A program made the translations under genes and the position numbers. Shown here piece by piece: positions 29,913 to 40,904 of a DNA stretch of 64,000 bases. The stretch's first letter is position 1. Each line of letters begins with the position of its first letter. The stretch spans positions 19,882 to 83,881 of the forward strand of contig JANXAP010000020.1 of the NCBI GenBank assembly GCA_025062275.1. Direction: 5' to 3'. The notes under the pieces are model-generated. The model did no database searches. It was not told the origin of the DNA and saw nothing but the letters and a program-made list of their open reading frames with translations. This DNA is from Dehalococcoidia bacterium. Its GTDB lineage: Bacteria; Chloroflexota; Dehalococcoidia; SM23-28-2; HRBIN24.

Positions 29913-30320
29913 TCAGCCGCCGCCCACCTGCCCCCGATATTCAGCGTCGGTCACGTGAGCGCCCCAGATGGCGCCCCTGCCCTCGTCGTCCACTTCCCAC
30001 ATGGCGATGTGGGCCATGAAGTGATCCGGGGCGGCGCCGTGCCAGTGCTCCTCGCCCGGCGGCGTATGGACTACGTCGCCGGCCCGCACCTCGACGACCG
30101 GGCCGCCGCGGGCCTGCGCCAGCCCGCGTCCCTCCAGCACGTAGAACGTCTGGCCGCGGGGATGAGAGTGCCAGGCGGTGCGGGCACCCGGGGCGAAGCG
30201 CACCAGGATGACGCGCATCCGCTGGTAGTCGCCTTCGCCCACCAGCACGTCTACCCACACCTCGCCGCTGAAGGTCTCGTTCGAGCCTCTCTCGCTCGGG
30301 CGTCTGGAGCGGACTTCCAT
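29913..30320 (-). CDS. Cupin domain protein
   Basis: FAPGARTAWHSHPRGQ, PPGEEHWHGA; ATG 30320 after AGGAGG. Confidence 0.88.
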   Translation of the reverse strand: MEVRSRRPSERGSNETFSGEVWVDVLVGEGDYQRMRVILVRFAPGARTAWHSHPRGQTFYVLEGRGLAQARGGPVVEVRAGDVVHTPPGEEHWHGAAPDHFMAHIAMWEVDDEGRGAIWGAHVTDAEYRGQVGGG

Positions 30321-30382
30321 GGCCTGCCTCCTGCCATGAGTATATGTCCCGCCACCCCGGTCGAGGGACAAGCGGCCGGGGC

Positions 30383-32062
30383 CTATTCGCTGACGTAGTA
30401 GTCGCGGCGGCGGCGCTGCAGATAGGCCTGCACCTCGGCCGAGGAGACCCCCAGCCGGTGCAGGGTGTGGCGCACGAACTCCAGGCCGGCCTCGAAGCCG
30501 GGGTGCACCACCTCGTCGGCTCCGAGCCCCCGCAGCCGTCGGTGGCTCTCGGGCCCAGCCCCACGAGCGATGACGTCCACCTGCGGCGCCAGCTTCCTGG
30601 CAGCCGCCACCACGGCTTCGGTCGAGGCCGGGTCGGCCTGGGTCACCGCCAGCACCCGCGCCCGCTGCAGCTGGGCCTGCTCCAGCACCAGGGGGCTGGA
30701 CGGCTCGCCGTGGACGTAAGGCACCCCCTGCTGCTGCAGCCAGCGCACGGCCGCCGGGTCCTGCTCGATGACGACGCAGCGGAAGCCCCGACGACGCAGG
30801 GCCGTCACCAGCTCGGCCCCGGCCTCCCCCAGGCCGCACACTACCACGTGGTTGACCAGCGGCTCGCCGGCTGGCAGCTGCACCTGGACCGGCGTGGACG
30901 AGCGGAAAAGGACGTCGGCCCAGGAGACGCCCCAGCGCAGGGCCAGGGGCGCCAGCAGCAGGCTGATGAACGCCGAACCGACCAGCGCCGAGGCAGTCCT
31001 GTCGTCCAGCACTCCCTCGTCGCCGGCCACCGACACAGCCAGGAAGGCGAACTCGCCCGTCTGGGCCAGCAGCAGCCCGGAGAGGAAAGCGGTGCGGGGC
31101 AGGTAGCCGAAGGCCAGCGCCAGGCCACCCACCAGGACCAGCTTGGCCAGGCTCCCCAGAAGAGTGAAAGCGGCCAGCTCCGCCGGCGCCTCCGCCAGGG
31201 TGCGAGGGTCCATCAGCATCCCCATGGCCACGAAGAACAGGGCGGCAAAGACGTTGCGCAGGGGCAGCAGCTCCGCCAGCCCCTGCTGGGCGTGATCCGA
31301 CTCCGCCAGGACTAGCCCCGCCAGGAAGGCGCCGAAGGCGGGCGAGAGGCCCGTCAGGGCACCCAGGGCGGTGCCCCCCAGTGCCAGCACCACGGTGCCC
31401 AGCAGGAACATCTCGCGGGAGCGGCGCCCCACCAGCAGCGACATGGCCCTCGGCACGACGCGGGTGGCCAGGAGGTAAGTCCCGACCAGAAAGGCGGCCG
31501 CCTTGCCCACCGTCATGGCCAGGGTGACGCCCAGGGAGCCGCCGTCGCCGCCCAGCGCAGGCATGGCCACCAGCAGCGGCACCAGGCTCAGGTCCTGGAC
31601 CATGGATACCCCGGCCGCCACCCTGCCGTGCACGCTCTCCACCTCGCCCCGGTCCTCCAGCAACCGCAGCGCGATGGTGGTGCTGGAGCTGGCCAGCGCC
31701 CACCCGGCCACCAGGGACTGCTTCAGCCCCAGGTCGAAGAGGCGCCCCAGCAGCATCCCCAGGCCGATGACGACGCCCACCTGTAGCAGCCCCCCGCCGA
31801 TAGCCACGGAGCCGACCTCCCGCAGGCCTCGCAGGCTCAGCTGCAGGCCCAGGCCGAACATGAGCAGCGCCACCCCTACATCGGCCAGTCGCTGGACCTG
31901 CTCGACCTCGGCCACCGGCCCCGGGGTGTAAGGCCCCAGCAGCAGGCCGGCCAGCAAATAGCCCAGCACCGGCGGCAGGCCCACCAGGTGGGCCACAGTG
32001 CCGCCGGCCAGGGCCGCCGCCAGCACGACGGCCAGAAGACCGACCAGCCCCGTATCGGACAT
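30383..32062 (-). CDS. CPA2 cation:proton antiporter with TrkA-N domain (Kef/YbaL-like)
   Basis: Multi-TM, SSTTI, QDL, GAFLAG, LAQTGEFAF; HVVVCGLGEAG. Confidence 0.9.
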   Translation of the reverse strand: MSDTGLVGLLAVVLAAALAGGTVAHLVGLPPVLGYLLAGLLLGPYTPGPVAEVEQVQRLADVGVALLMFGLGLQLSLRGLREVGSVAIGGGLLQVGVVIGLGMLLGRLFDLGLKQSLVAGWALASSSTTIALRLLEDRGEVESVHGRVAAGVSMVQDLSLVPLLVAMPALGGDGGSLGVTLAMTVGKAAAFLVGTYLLATRVVPRAMSLLVGRRSREMFLLGTVVLALGGTALGALTGLSPAFGAFLAGLVLAESDHAQQGLAELLPLRNVFAALFFVAMGMLMDPRTLAEAPAELAAFTLLGSLAKLVLVGGLALAFGYLPRTAFLSGLLLAQTGEFAFLAVSVAGDEGVLDDRTASALVGSAFISLLLAPLALRWGVSWADVLFRSSTPVQVQLPAGEPLVNHVVVCGLGEAGAELVTALRRRGFRCVVIEQDPAAVRWLQQQGVPYVHGEPSSPLVLEQAQLQRARVLAVTQADPASTEAVVAAARKLAPQVDVIARGAGPESHRRLRGLGADEVVHPGFEAGLEFVRHTLHRLGVSSAEVQAYLQRRRRDYYVSE

Positions 32063-32176
32063 GGATGCGGGACCCTGGCAGCAGGGGGACGAAGGTCTCG
32101 GATGGCTGAAGGGCCCGAGGCTATGCTACCACCTGACGGGCGCCGCCGGCCCGGCCACGATGGCCACGGGCCCTGG

Positions 32177-32671
32177 TCAGCGGCCAGGGGCTGAGCGGTG
32201 GCGCCGCTGTCGGGGCGGGCCAGTGGGACGGCTTTCGGGGATGCCGTGCTCCCGCCTCAGTTCCTCCAGCAAGGGCTGCAGGGCGTCCACCAGGCCTGCG
32301 AGATGACGCGCACACTCGCGAGCGAAGTCCTCGTCCAGCGGCGCCAGGGGCACGGTGTAGTGCAGGCGCGTCCACCATCCGGTCCACTCCTCCAGCTCGG
32401 CCGGCCGCCCCAGGACGGCCAGCACCCTCGGCATCTCCTGGGCCAGGGCCGCGGCCCAGCGATAGTTGTGCTCGCGCTCCCCCTCGAAATGGAGGCCCAC
32501 CTCCGCCAGGCCCTGGCGTCGCTGCAGCCACAGCTCGTAGTGCACCGCCGGATACCAGTAGTAGACCTGCAGCAGGCTGGGGGCCTGCCGCCAGCGGAAG
32601 TCTCGCAGAGACTCGGGCAAGAGGACGGGCAGTTCGGCCCGCACCAGCTCCAGGAACTGGGAGACCTTCAT
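32177..32671 (-). CDS. Hypothetical protein
   Basis: 164-aa ORF, HYELW...EVGLHFEG. Confidence 0.65.
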   Translation of the reverse strand: MKVSQFLELVRAELPVLLPESLRDFRWRQAPSLLQVYYWYPAVHYELWLQRRQGLAEVGLHFEGEREHNYRWAAALAQEMPRVLAVLGRPAELEEWTGWWTRLHYTVPLAPLDEDFARECARHLAGLVDALQPLLEELRREHGIPESRPTGPPRQRRHRSAPGR

Positions 32672-32702
32672 GGCGGTGGCCGCGGGCGGGCGGCCCGACG
32701 GC

Positions 32703-33869
32703 CTAGGCCACAGCGCCCGCCTGGCGCAGGGCCGCGACCTCGGCCTCGCTGTATCCCGCCTCCCTCAGCACCTCGTCGGTGTGCTCCCCCAGCCGCGGCC
32801 CCAGGGTGCGGATGGAGCCCGGGGTCTCCGAAAGCTTGGCCCCGATGCCCACCTGCCTCACGGTGCCCATCTGCGGGTGCTGGACCTCGGCCAGCATCCT
32901 TCGCTGAAGGACATGAGGATCGGCGAACACCTCGTCCAGGGAATAGACCGGTGCCACGCAGATCTCGTGCTGGCGCAGCTCCTGGAACCACTCGTCCCGT
33001 GTCCGCTCCTGGAAGCGGCGGCGGAAGAATTCGAACATCTCCGGATAGCGCTGACGGTCCCACTGGTGGGGAATGAACTCCTCGGCCCCCAGGACGCGGC
33101 AGAGGGCCTCCCAGAAGTAAGGCTCCAGACAGCCGATGCTGATGTAGCGGCCGTCGGCGCAGCGATACACGTTGTAGAAGGGGACGCCGCCGTTGAGCAT
33201 GTCCTCCCCCGGCCTGGGCACCTGCCCCGTCGCCAGGTAGCGGCTGGCCACCCAGGTGAGGAGGGAGGTGACGCCGTCGCTCATGGCCATGTCTATGTAC
33301 TGACCGCGACCGGTGCGTTCCCTCGCCAGCAGGGCCAGGCAGATGGCGAAGGCGGCGTACAGGCCCCCGCCAGCGAAGTCGGCGATGATGTTCATGGGGA
33401 TGGCGGGCGGCTGCCCCGGCCACCCCGTAAGGCCCAGGGCACCGCCGACGCTGATGTAGTTTATGTCGTGGCCCACCAGAGAGGCATAGGGGCCGTCCTG
33501 CCCGTAGCCCGAAAGGGAGCAGTAGACCAGGCGCGGGTTCAGGCGGGAGAGGGTCTCGTAGTCCACTCCCAGCCGCTTCACCACACCGGGGCGAAAGCCC
33601 TCAACCACCACATCGGCCGTCCTGGCCAGGCGGTAGAAGGCCTCCCGACCCTCCGGCTGACGCAGGTTGATGGCGATGGAGCGCTTGTTGCGGTTGAGGG
33701 GGTTCAGGGCACGGGCCTCCGGACGCTCCATCTCGCTGACGCGGGCCGCACCGGGAGGCGCCTCCACCACGATGACGTCGGCCCCGAAGTCGGCCAGCAG
33801 CATGGTGCAGAAGGGGCCGGGAGCCAGACGGCTCAGGTCCAGGACGCGGATGCCTTCTAGGGCCATCAT
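32703..33869 (-). CDS. CaiB/BaiF family III CoA-transferase / racemase
   Basis: [36 protein letters not shown]. Confidence 0.93.
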   Translation of the reverse strand: MMALEGIRVLDLSRLAPGPFCTMLLADFGADVIVVEAPPGAARVSEMERPEARALNPLNRNKRSIAINLRQPEGREAFYRLARTADVVVEGFRPGVVKRLGVDYETLSRLNPRLVYCSLSGYGQDGPYASLVGHDINYISVGGALGLTGWPGQPPAIPMNIIADFAGGGLYAAFAICLALLARERTGRGQYIDMAMSDGVTSLLTWVASRYLATGQVPRPGEDMLNGGVPFYNVYRCADGRYISIGCLEPYFWEALCRVLGAEEFIPHQWDRQRYPEMFEFFRRRFQERTRDEWFQELRQHEICVAPVYSLDEVFADPHVLQRRMLAEVQHPQMGTVRQVGIGAKLSETPGSIRTLGPRLGEHTDEVLREAGYSEAEVAALRQAGAVA

Positions 33870-34318
33870 GGCGACGCACCTCCGACGACAGGATGAGGGG
33901 CACCCTCTCGCCCCAGCAGGAAGGCCTCGAACTCCTCCTCGGCGGGCAGAGAGGAAGGCCCCAGGGGCAGCACCAGCCAGTCCAGGTGGAAACGGCCGCC
34001 TCGCTGGGGACGGGCGCGGGCCTGGAACTGGTCCCTGGTCAGGAGCCAGACGAGTCCCCGTCCCAGGTCGGCCAAGGCCACCAGCTCCTCAGCACCCGGT
34101 GGCAGCAGCCAGTGCATGCCCAGGGCGCCGCGCCCGCCGCGACGGTGAGGGCCGGGGCGGGACAGAACCCTCGCCAGCCCCTCGCGGCCGTCGGGCCATC
34201 GGACTGCGAGGAGGCCGGGGGCCAGGGTACGGGCCTCCAGTCCGTGCCGGGCCAGCGAGCGGGTGACCAGGCGGACGGCCTCGTCCACCAGCTCCATCGA
34301 GGCGGGGCGGGGACGCAT
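33866..34318 (-). CDS. Hypothetical protein
   Basis: Overlaps start of downstream gene; start uncertain. Confidence 0.55.
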   Translation of the reverse strand: MRPRPASMELVDEAVRLVTRSLARHGLEARTLAPGLLAVRWPDGREGLARVLSRPGPHRRGGRGALGMHWLLPPGAEELVALADLGRGLVWLLTRDQFQARARPQRGGRFHLDWLVLPLGPSSLPAEEEFEAFLLGREGAPHPVVGGASP

Positions 34319-34459
34319 GGTTCGGGCCTATCATGCCCAGGGGCGGCCTCCACGGTCAAGGGCGACGGCCTTTGCCGAGGGCACGACGCCCATGATAGAA
34401 TCGCCTATGACATAATTGGGGCGCCGGGCCGAGGGCTGCGCTTCGCACAGGAAGCCGTT

Positions 34460-36406
34460 ATGGGACCCATGAGGCCCGACAGGCTCTCTCGTCGTCCCCC
34501 ACAGCGTCGCATCGTGTGGGGGAGGCCTTTGCCCCCTCGACCCCCGACGGGGGCGCCTCCGCCGCCGCCCGCGGCCCGGGCCAGCCGCGACCCTGCCCCT
34601 TACATCGTCGGCGGCGTCCTGGGCCTCATCCTGGTGACGGTGCTGGCAGTGGTGGCAGCCTTCTCCTGCATGGGAGGGGACGAGGAGGTGGCGGCAGGCA
34701 TCGTCGCCCGCTCCAGGCAGCCCCCGCCCCTGCCGGCGGGCCTCACCATGGCCAGCCGCAACTACCTGGTGTTCGACGTGCGCCGGGAGCCCGACCGTCC
34801 CGTGCGGCTGGGTCTCCCCCTGGCCCAGGGCTTCCGCCAGGGGCAGGAGCTGAGCTTCTGGACCTACGCCGACGGCCAGTGGCGGCGGCTGGGGCCGGCA
34901 GCCGTGGTCTCGGCCGAGGACTTCCAGCGGGGCAGCTGCCAGCCCAGCGGGGGAATACCATCCGGGCCGCTGGTGGCCTGCGGCGAGTTCCCGCCGCCCC
35001 TGCCCCGCAACCTGGCGGTGCTGACGGGCGGCGCCGGCGGCTCCCTGCGCGTCATCGCCTCCATCCCCAGCCGCTCGGCCCTGGCGCCGGCCGCTCGCGA
35101 CCTGGCCGCCATCGTCAGCCCCAGGGACTTTCGACCCCGCGAGGACGGCTCCCTGGAGGGCTCCCTCAGCCGGCCAGAGCTGAGAGCGGGGCAGGAGCTG
35201 ATGCCCACCGTGGTGGGCAGCGAAGGCCCCGCTGTCCAGAACGTGAACTCCATCCTGGCCGATCCCGCCCGTCGCCAGGCCCACGTGGAAAACATCGTCC
35301 GCCTGGTGGAAGAGCAGGGGCTGGCGGGCATAGACCTGGAATACACCCAGGTGGACGCCCGCCTGTGGGTGTCGTTCCAGCAGATGGTGCGGGAGCTGGC
35401 CGACCGCCTGCACCAGAGAGGCCGCAAGCTGTCCCTCACGCTGCCCGCCCCGGCAGGCCGCCAGACGCTGGACTGGCGGGCGCTGGGACAGGCGGCCGAC
35501 ATGGTGAGGGTGCTCCCCTCGCCAGACCCCCTCTCTTACCGCGAGGACATGGCACAGGCGCTGCAGTTCGCCACCTCCCAGGTGGAGCCGTCCAAGCTGT
35601 TCCTGGTGCTCAGCCCCTACAGCCAGCGCCGCAATGTCAACGGCTCCCAGCCCATCGGCTATCGTCAGGCCATGTCCCTGGCCCTGGAGGTCCGCCGCAC
35701 GCCGGAGGGGGAGATACGGCCGGGCACGGGGGTGCGTCTGGAAGCACCCAATCTGGCGGGGGGTGGCATCGTCTGGAGCAGTGACGCAGCGGCTGTCACC
35801 TTCGCCCTGCAGGGCGGAGGCGACACGGTGTTCATCGAGAACGTCTTCAGCGCCGGCTTCAAGCTGGAGCTGGTGACGGCCTTCCGCCTGGGCGGGGTGG
35901 CGGTGGCCGACGCCTCGGCCGGGGCCGACGTGGCCGACATCTGGCCGGCCATCCGCACCCTGGTGGAGACGGGCGCCCCGCCCCTGCTGCGACCCAACGG
36001 CAACGCCCTGGTGGCCCGCTGGTCGGCCAGCGACGGCCGGCTATCGCCGGCGGAGGGTGCTGCCACTACCTGGACAGCGCCCGAGCGGGGCGGCACCTAT
36101 CAGGTGGAGCTGGTGGTGAGCGACGGCGTGGAGCGCTTCGGCCGTCGTCTGACCCTGGCCGTCACGCCGGAGCCGACGCCCACACCGACCCCCACCCCCA
36201 GCCCCACGCCCGGCCGGACGCCCGCCCCCACACCCACGCCGACGCCGCGCCCCAGTCCGACCCCCATCCCTACTCCCACTCCGACGCCCACACCGACCCC
36301 GACGCCTAGGCCCACACCCGAGCGTCCCGTCCCGTCGCCCACAGCCACCCCGACCCCCACTTCCACCTCCTCGGCCTACACCCTCCTTCAGCCCGTATTA
36401 GACTAA
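34460..36406 (+). CDS. Membrane-anchored GH18-like protein with Pro/Thr-rich tail
   Basis: TM segment; '[19 protein letters not shown]...GLAGIDLEY', 'LDWRALG', 'KLELV...LGGVA'; PT repeats. Confidence 0.65.
   Translation: MGPMRPDRLSRRPPQRRIVWGRPLPPRPPTGAPPPPPAARASRDPAPYIVGGVLGLILVTVLAVVAAFSCMGGDEEVAAGIVARSRQPPPLPAGLTMASRNYLVFDVRREPDRPVRLGLPLAQGFRQGQELSFWTYADGQWRRLGPAAVVSAEDFQRGSCQPSGGIPSGPLVACGEFPPPLPRNLAVLTGGAGGSLRVIASIPSRSALAPAARDLAAIVSPRDFRPREDGSLEGSLSRPELRAGQELMPTVVGSEGPAVQNVNSILADPARRQAHVENIVRLVEEQGLAGIDLEYTQVDARLWVSFQQMVRELADRLHQRGRKLSLTLPAPAGRQTLDWRALGQAADMVRVLPSPDPLSYREDMAQALQFATSQVEPSKLFLVLSPYSQRRNVNGSQPIGYRQAMSLALEVRRTPEGEIRPGTGVRLEAPNLAGGGIVWSSDAAAVTFALQGGGDTVFIENVFSAGFKLELVTAFRLGGVAVADASAGADVADIWPAIRTLVETGAPPLLRPNGNALVARWSASDGRLSPAEGAATTWTAPERGGTYQVELVVSDGVERFGRRLTLAVTPEPTPTPTPTPSPTPGRTPAPTPTPTPRPSPTPIPTPTPTPTPTPTPRPTPERPVPSPTATPTPTSTSSAYTLLQPVLD
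36163..36365 (+). repeat. Coding low-complexity Pro-Thr repeat
   Basis: Encodes [10 protein letters not shown]...; degenerate 6-nt periodicity. Confidence 0.8.
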
Positions 36407-36414
36407 GGGCGGGC

Positions 36415-36951
36415 ATGAGGATCACTGCCGGTCGGGCCAAAGGCAGGGAGCTAAGGGGGCCGCCCGGCGCGCGCCCCTCCTCGGGGCGAGTGCGGGCCGC
36501 CCTCTTCTCGGCCCTCCAGTCCCTGGGGGCCGATCTGTCGCGGGTGCTAGACCTCTATGCCGGCTCCGGTGCCCTGGGCATAGAGGCCCTGTCGCGGGGG
36601 GCGAACTGGTGCGACTTCGTGGACCAGAGCGCCGCCGCCTGTCGGCAGGTCCGCCGCAACCTGGAGGCCACCGGCCTCGCCGCCCAGGCCGCCGTCCACT
36701 GCCTCCCGGTGGAGAGGGCACCGGAGCGGCTGCGGGGGCCTTACACCCTCGTCCTGGCCGACCCACCCTATGGCGACGCCACGGCCCTGGCCGCCCTGGA
36801 GCGGGTCGCCACCTCTCACCTGGTGGAGGCGGGACGCACCGTCCTGGTGCTGGAGCACAGCGCCCGCACAGCACCGCCCCTACGGTTGGGGCCTCTGGAG
36901 CTGGTAAAGACGCTGCGCCACGGCGACAGCGCCCTATCTTTCTACAGGTAG
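36415..36951 (+). CDS. rsmD: 16S rRNA (guanine966-N2)-methyltransferase
   Basis: MRITAG..KGR, LDLYAGSGALGIEALSRGA, DPPY. Confidence 0.9.
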   Translation: MRITAGRAKGRELRGPPGARPSSGRVRAALFSALQSLGADLSRVLDLYAGSGALGIEALSRGANWCDFVDQSAAACRQVRRNLEATGLAAQAAVHCLPVERAPERLRGPYTLVLADPPYGDATALAALERVATSHLVEAGRTVLVLEHSARTAPPLRLGPLELVKTLRHGDSALSFYR

Positions 36952-36961
36952 GAGGTGCGAG

Positions 36962-37441
36962 TTGGTCACAGCCGTCTATCCCGGCCGCTTCGACCCCGTT
37001 ACCAACGGGCACCTGGACATCGCCCGCAGGGCTGCCTCCCTCTTTGACCGGGTGGTGGTGGCCGTCTACGACCTTCCAGCCCACAGCTCCCTCTTCACCA
37101 CTGAGGAGCGAGTGGCCCTCTTCCAGGAAGCGGTGCGGGAGATGGGCAATGTGGAGGTGAAGCCTTTCAGCGGGCTGACGGTGGACTTCGCCCGTCAGGA
37201 GGGGGCCAAGGTGCTGGTGCGGGGCATCCGCGCCGTCACCGACTTCGAGGCCGAGTTCGACATGGCCCTCATGAACAAGCGCATGGCCCCGGAACTGGAA
37301 TCTGTCTTCCTCATGGCCAGCCTGGAGCACCTGTTCGTGAGCGGTCACCGCATCCGCGAGGTGGCCAGCCTGGGCTACGACGTCTCGGGCCTGGTGCCCC
37401 CCCACGTGGCCGAGGCCTTGCGTCGCAAGTTCGGCGGCTAG
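36962..37441 (+). CDS. coaD: Pantetheine-phosphate adenylyltransferase
   Basis: YPGRFDPVTNGH, VRGIR..DFE.E; TTG start after AGGAGG. Confidence 0.95.
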   Translation: MVTAVYPGRFDPVTNGHLDIARRAASLFDRVVVAVYDLPAHSSLFTTEERVALFQEAVREMGNVEVKPFSGLTVDFARQEGAKVLVRGIRAVTDFEAEFDMALMNKRMAPELESVFLMASLEHLFVSGHRIREVASLGYDVSGLVPPHVAEALRRKFGG

Positions 37442-37453
37442 GGAGGTGGGATA

Positions 37454-37978
37454 ATCGACGCCCTGCACCTCATCGACCGCCTGGAAGAGATGGTGGGCGA
37501 GGCCCGTCGTCTCCCCGTGGGCGGGTCGGTGGTGCTGGCCCGACAGCGCCTGCTGGACCTGGTGGACAGGCTGCGGGTAGCCCTGCCGGCCGAGGTCTAC
37601 CAGGCCTCTGAGATAATCCAGCGGCGGGACGAGATCCTGGAGCAGGCCCAGCAGGAGGCGGCCCGCATCCTGGCCCAGGCCCACCAGGAGCTGGAGCGAC
37701 GCCTCTCCGAGACAGAGGTGGTCAGGGCCGCCGAGGCCAGGGCCGAGCAGATCCTGCGGGAGGCTCAGGAGAGGGCCGAGGCCCTGCTGCGCGACGCCGA
37801 GGCCCAGGCCCGCGCTCGCCTGGACGAGGCCGAGGCCGCCGCCAAACAACAGATGGAGGAGGCCGACGCCTACGCCCTAAAGGCCCTGCAGCGGCTGGAG
37901 GAGAGCCTGGACCAACTGCTGCACCAGGTCCGGCGCGGCATCCAGGCCCTCGAGCAGCGCCACGGCTGGCAGGACTAG
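37454..37978 (+). CDS. Conserved coiled-coil protein downstream of coaD (DivIVA/ATPase-subunit-like); probable ATC start
   Basis: IDALHLIDRLEEM N-terminus precedes first ATG (37490); heptad-rich. Confidence 0.75.
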   Translation: MDALHLIDRLEEMVGEARRLPVGGSVVLARQRLLDLVDRLRVALPAEVYQASEIIQRRDEILEQAQQEAARILAQAHQELERRLSETEVVRAAEARAEQILREAQERAEALLRDAEAQARARLDEAEAAAKQQMEEADAYALKALQRLEESLDQLLHQVRRGIQALEQRHGWQD

Positions 37979-38439
37979 CCCTCGGCCGGCCTGAAAAGGG
38001 CCTCCAGCCCGTCCAGGGCGGCCACCAGGCCCCGCCGCTGATAGCCGGGCCATAGCAGCCAGCCCACCACCAGCCCCATGAGGCCGCGGGCACGGGCCCG
38101 CGCCTCGATGGTCACCAGGGTGGCATCCTCCCCCACAGGCTCCAGGGTAATGGCCTGCCCCTCCAGCAACAGCCAGTAGCGGTCCATGTCTTCTTCCGGC
38201 GACGGCCTGGGCAGAAAAGCGACGCGGCGCTGGGGCTCCCAGGCGCCCACCTGCAGCTCGCTCGCCCGCCCCTCCTCGTCCTCGGCTCGCAGCACGGCGC
38301 CCTCGCCCGCCGGCCCCGACACGAGGCACACCCTGGCCCAGGCCTTGTTCCAGCGGGGCGCCCCCTCCAGGTCGGCTATGGCCTCCCACACCGATGGCAA
38401 GGGGGCAGGGATGAGCCTGCGGGCCTGAACCCTGGGCAC
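37975..38439 (-). CDS. SRPBCC (polyketide cyclase-like) family protein
   Basis: 'IPAP...VWEAIADL...PRWN'. Confidence 0.7.
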   Translation of the reverse strand: MPRVQARRLIPAPLPSVWEAIADLEGAPRWNKAWARVCLVSGPAGEGAVLRAEDEEGRASELQVGAWEPQRRVAFLPRPSPEEDMDRYWLLLEGQAITLEPVGEDATLVTIEARARARGLMGLVVGWLLWPGYQRRGLVAALDGLEALFRPAEG

Positions 38440-38440
38440 C

Positions 38441-40882
38441 CTAGCCCACCACGATGTTCACCAGCTTCCCCGGCACATACACAATGCGACGGATGGGCCG
38501 CCCGTCGATGTGGGGCCGAACCCGCTCGCTGCCCAGGGCCAGCTGCTTGGCCTCCTCCTCCGAGATGTCGGCCGGCACCGTCAGTCGATCGCGCAGGCGG
38601 CCATTGACCTGGATCACCAGCGTCACCTCTTCCGGCCGGGCCAGCTCGGGGTCGTAGGAAGGCCACGACTGCTGATGAATGCTGTACGGGCGGCCGCGCC
38701 GCTCCCAGAGCTCTTCGGATATGTGGGGGGCGAGGGGCGCGAGCATCAGCAGGAGCGAGTCCACCGCTTCGTTCCAGGCCCCGGGGTGCACCGGGCCCGA
38801 CTGCAGCGCCCTCTGCAGGTCGTTGGTCAGCTCCATCAGGGCCGCAATCAGGGTGTTGAAGCGGAACTTCTCCATGTCCTCGGTGGCCCGCTGGATGGTG
38901 CTGTGCAGCCGTTTGCGCAGAGGCAGGGGGTCGACGGCCTCGTCCACCTGGGGGCTGGCCAGGGCGATGTTCCAGACGCGGTTCAGCCAGCGCCATATGC
39001 CCTGAATGCCCTGGAAGGTGAAGGGGCCGCCGTGCTCCCACGGCCCCAGGAACATCAGGTAGCAGCGGAAGGTGTCCGTTCCCCAGCGCTCCACCTGCTC
39101 GTCGGGGGCCACCACGTTGCCGCGGGACTTGCTCATGCGCTGCCCGTCGGGCCCCAGGATCTGTCCCTGGTTGAAGAGGCGCAGGAACGGCTCATCCCCC
39201 TCCACCAGGCCCAGGTCGCGGCAGACTTTCCAGAAGAAGCGGGCATACAGCAGGTGCATGACGGCATGCTCCGCCCCGCCCGTGTACTGGTCTACCGGCA
39301 GCCACTTGCGGCCCAGCTCCGGGTCGAAGGGGCCTTTGTCGTAATGGGGGCTGAGGTAGCGCATGAAATACCAGTTGGAGTCCATGAAGGTGTCCATGGT
39401 GTCCGTCTCGCGCCGGGCGGGACGACCGCAGCGGGGGCAGGCGGTGTTGACGAAGCCCTCGTGGCGCGCTAGCGGCGACTCGCCTGTGGGGCGGAAGTCC
39501 ACGTCCTCGGGCAGGACGATGGGCAGCTGCTCCTCGGGAACTGGCACGGTGCCGCACGCGTCGCAGTAGACGATGGGTATGGGCGTGCCCCAGTAACGCT
39601 GGCGCGAGATCAGCCAGTCGCGCATGCGGTACATGACGCGGCGGCGGCCCCATCCCTTCTCCTCCACGTAGCGGGCCACCGCTGCCTTGCCCTCCTCCGA
39701 GGGCAGACCGGTGAAGGGGCCCGAGTCCACCATGGTGCCCGGGCCTTCGTAGGCCTCCTCGAGGGGGGAGCCGTCCCAATCTGGCGGCGCCACCACCACC
39801 TTCACCGGCAGGCCAAACTTCCGGGCGAACTCGAAGTCCCGCTGATCATGGGCGGGCACCCCCATAACGGCGCCGGTGCCGTACCACATGAGGGCGTAGT
39901 CGGCGATGAAGATGGGCACCAGCTCCCCCGACAGCAGGTTGCGGCAGTAGGCGCCGGTGAAGACCCCCGTCTTCTCCCGGGCCGTGGAGAGGCGCTGGAC
40001 CTCCGTCTGGCGACGGGCCTGCTCGATGTATTCCTCCACCTCTCGCCTGCGCTCGGGGGCCGTGATCCTGGGCACCAGGGGATGCTCCGGGGCCAGCACC
40101 ATGAAGGTGACGCCGTAGATCGTGTCCGGGCGGGTGGTGAAGACCCGTATCTCCTTCTCCTCCACTCCGGGCACCTCGAGGCCGAAGGCGATCTCCACGC
40201 CCTCCGAGCGGCCGATCCAGTTCTTCTGCATGGTCACCACCGGCTCGGGCCACTGGATCTTCGAGTGATCCAGCAGCTCCTCGGCGTAGGCGGTGATGCG
40301 GAAGAACCACTGCTCCAGGTCACGGTGGGTGACGGCGGTGCCGCAGCGCTCGCAGGTGCCGTCGGGCAGCACCTGCTCGTTGGCCAGCACTGTCTGGCAG
40401 GAGGGGCACCAGTTGGCCGGTGCCAGGGCGCGGTAGGCCAGCCCCCGCTCGTACATCTTCAGGAAGAACCACTGGTTCCAGCGGTAGTACTCGGGGTCGC
40501 AGGTGATGACCTCCCGCGACCAGTCGAACATGGCCCCCATGCTCTTGAGCTGCCGGCGCATGCGCTCGATGTTGTCGTAGGTCCACTTCTTAGGGTGGAT
40601 GCCGTGCTTGATGGCAGCGTTCTCGGCCGGCAGGCCGAAGGCGTCGAAGCCCATGGGGAAGAGGACGTTGTAGCCTCGCATGCGCCGGTAGCGGGCAGCA
40701 GCGTCGGACGGGGCCATGGCGTACCAATGGCCTATGTGCAGGTCGCCCGAAGTGTAGGGGAGCATGGTCAGGAAATAGAACTTGGGCAGGGGCGAGTCGT
40801 CAGGGGTGCGGTAGAGGCCGTCCCGCTCCCAGCGCTCCTGCCACTTGCGCTCGATCTGGCGGGGGTTGTAGCGCTCAGCCAT
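38441..40882 (-). CDS. leuS: Leucine--tRNA ligase
   Basis: PYTSGDLHIGH, FTTRPDT, DWLISRQRYWG, RMSKSRGN. Confidence 0.97.
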   Translation of the reverse strand: MAERYNPRQIERKWQERWERDGLYRTPDDSPLPKFYFLTMLPYTSGDLHIGHWYAMAPSDAAARYRRMRGYNVLFPMGFDAFGLPAENAAIKHGIHPKKWTYDNIERMRRQLKSMGAMFDWSREVITCDPEYYRWNQWFFLKMYERGLAYRALAPANWCPSCQTVLANEQVLPDGTCERCGTAVTHRDLEQWFFRITAYAEELLDHSKIQWPEPVVTMQKNWIGRSEGVEIAFGLEVPGVEEKEIRVFTTRPDTIYGVTFMVLAPEHPLVPRITAPERRREVEEYIEQARRQTEVQRLSTAREKTGVFTGAYCRNLLSGELVPIFIADYALMWYGTGAVMGVPAHDQRDFEFARKFGLPVKVVVAPPDWDGSPLEEAYEGPGTMVDSGPFTGLPSEEGKAAVARYVEEKGWGRRRVMYRMRDWLISRQRYWGTPIPIVYCDACGTVPVPEEQLPIVLPEDVDFRPTGESPLARHEGFVNTACPRCGRPARRETDTMDTFMDSNWYFMRYLSPHYDKGPFDPELGRKWLPVDQYTGGAEHAVMHLLYARFFWKVCRDLGLVEGDEPFLRLFNQGQILGPDGQRMSKSRGNVVAPDEQVERWGTDTFRCYLMFLGPWEHGGPFTFQGIQGIWRWLNRVWNIALASPQVDEAVDPLPLRKRLHSTIQRATEDMEKFRFNTLIAALMELTNDLQRALQSGPVHPGAWNEAVDSLLLMLAPLAPHISEELWERRGRPYSIHQQSWPSYDPELARPEEVTLVIQVNGRLRDRLTVPADISEEEAKQLALGSERVRPHIDGRPIRRIVYVPGKLVNIVVG

Positions 40883-40904
40883 GGCCCATCCTCAGCACGA
40901 CATG

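Noticed and set aside
36163..36365. CRISPR or DNA-level tandem repeat
   Set aside because: It is a synonymously varied Pro-Thr coding repeat. No repeat-spacer array or cas gene is present in the window.
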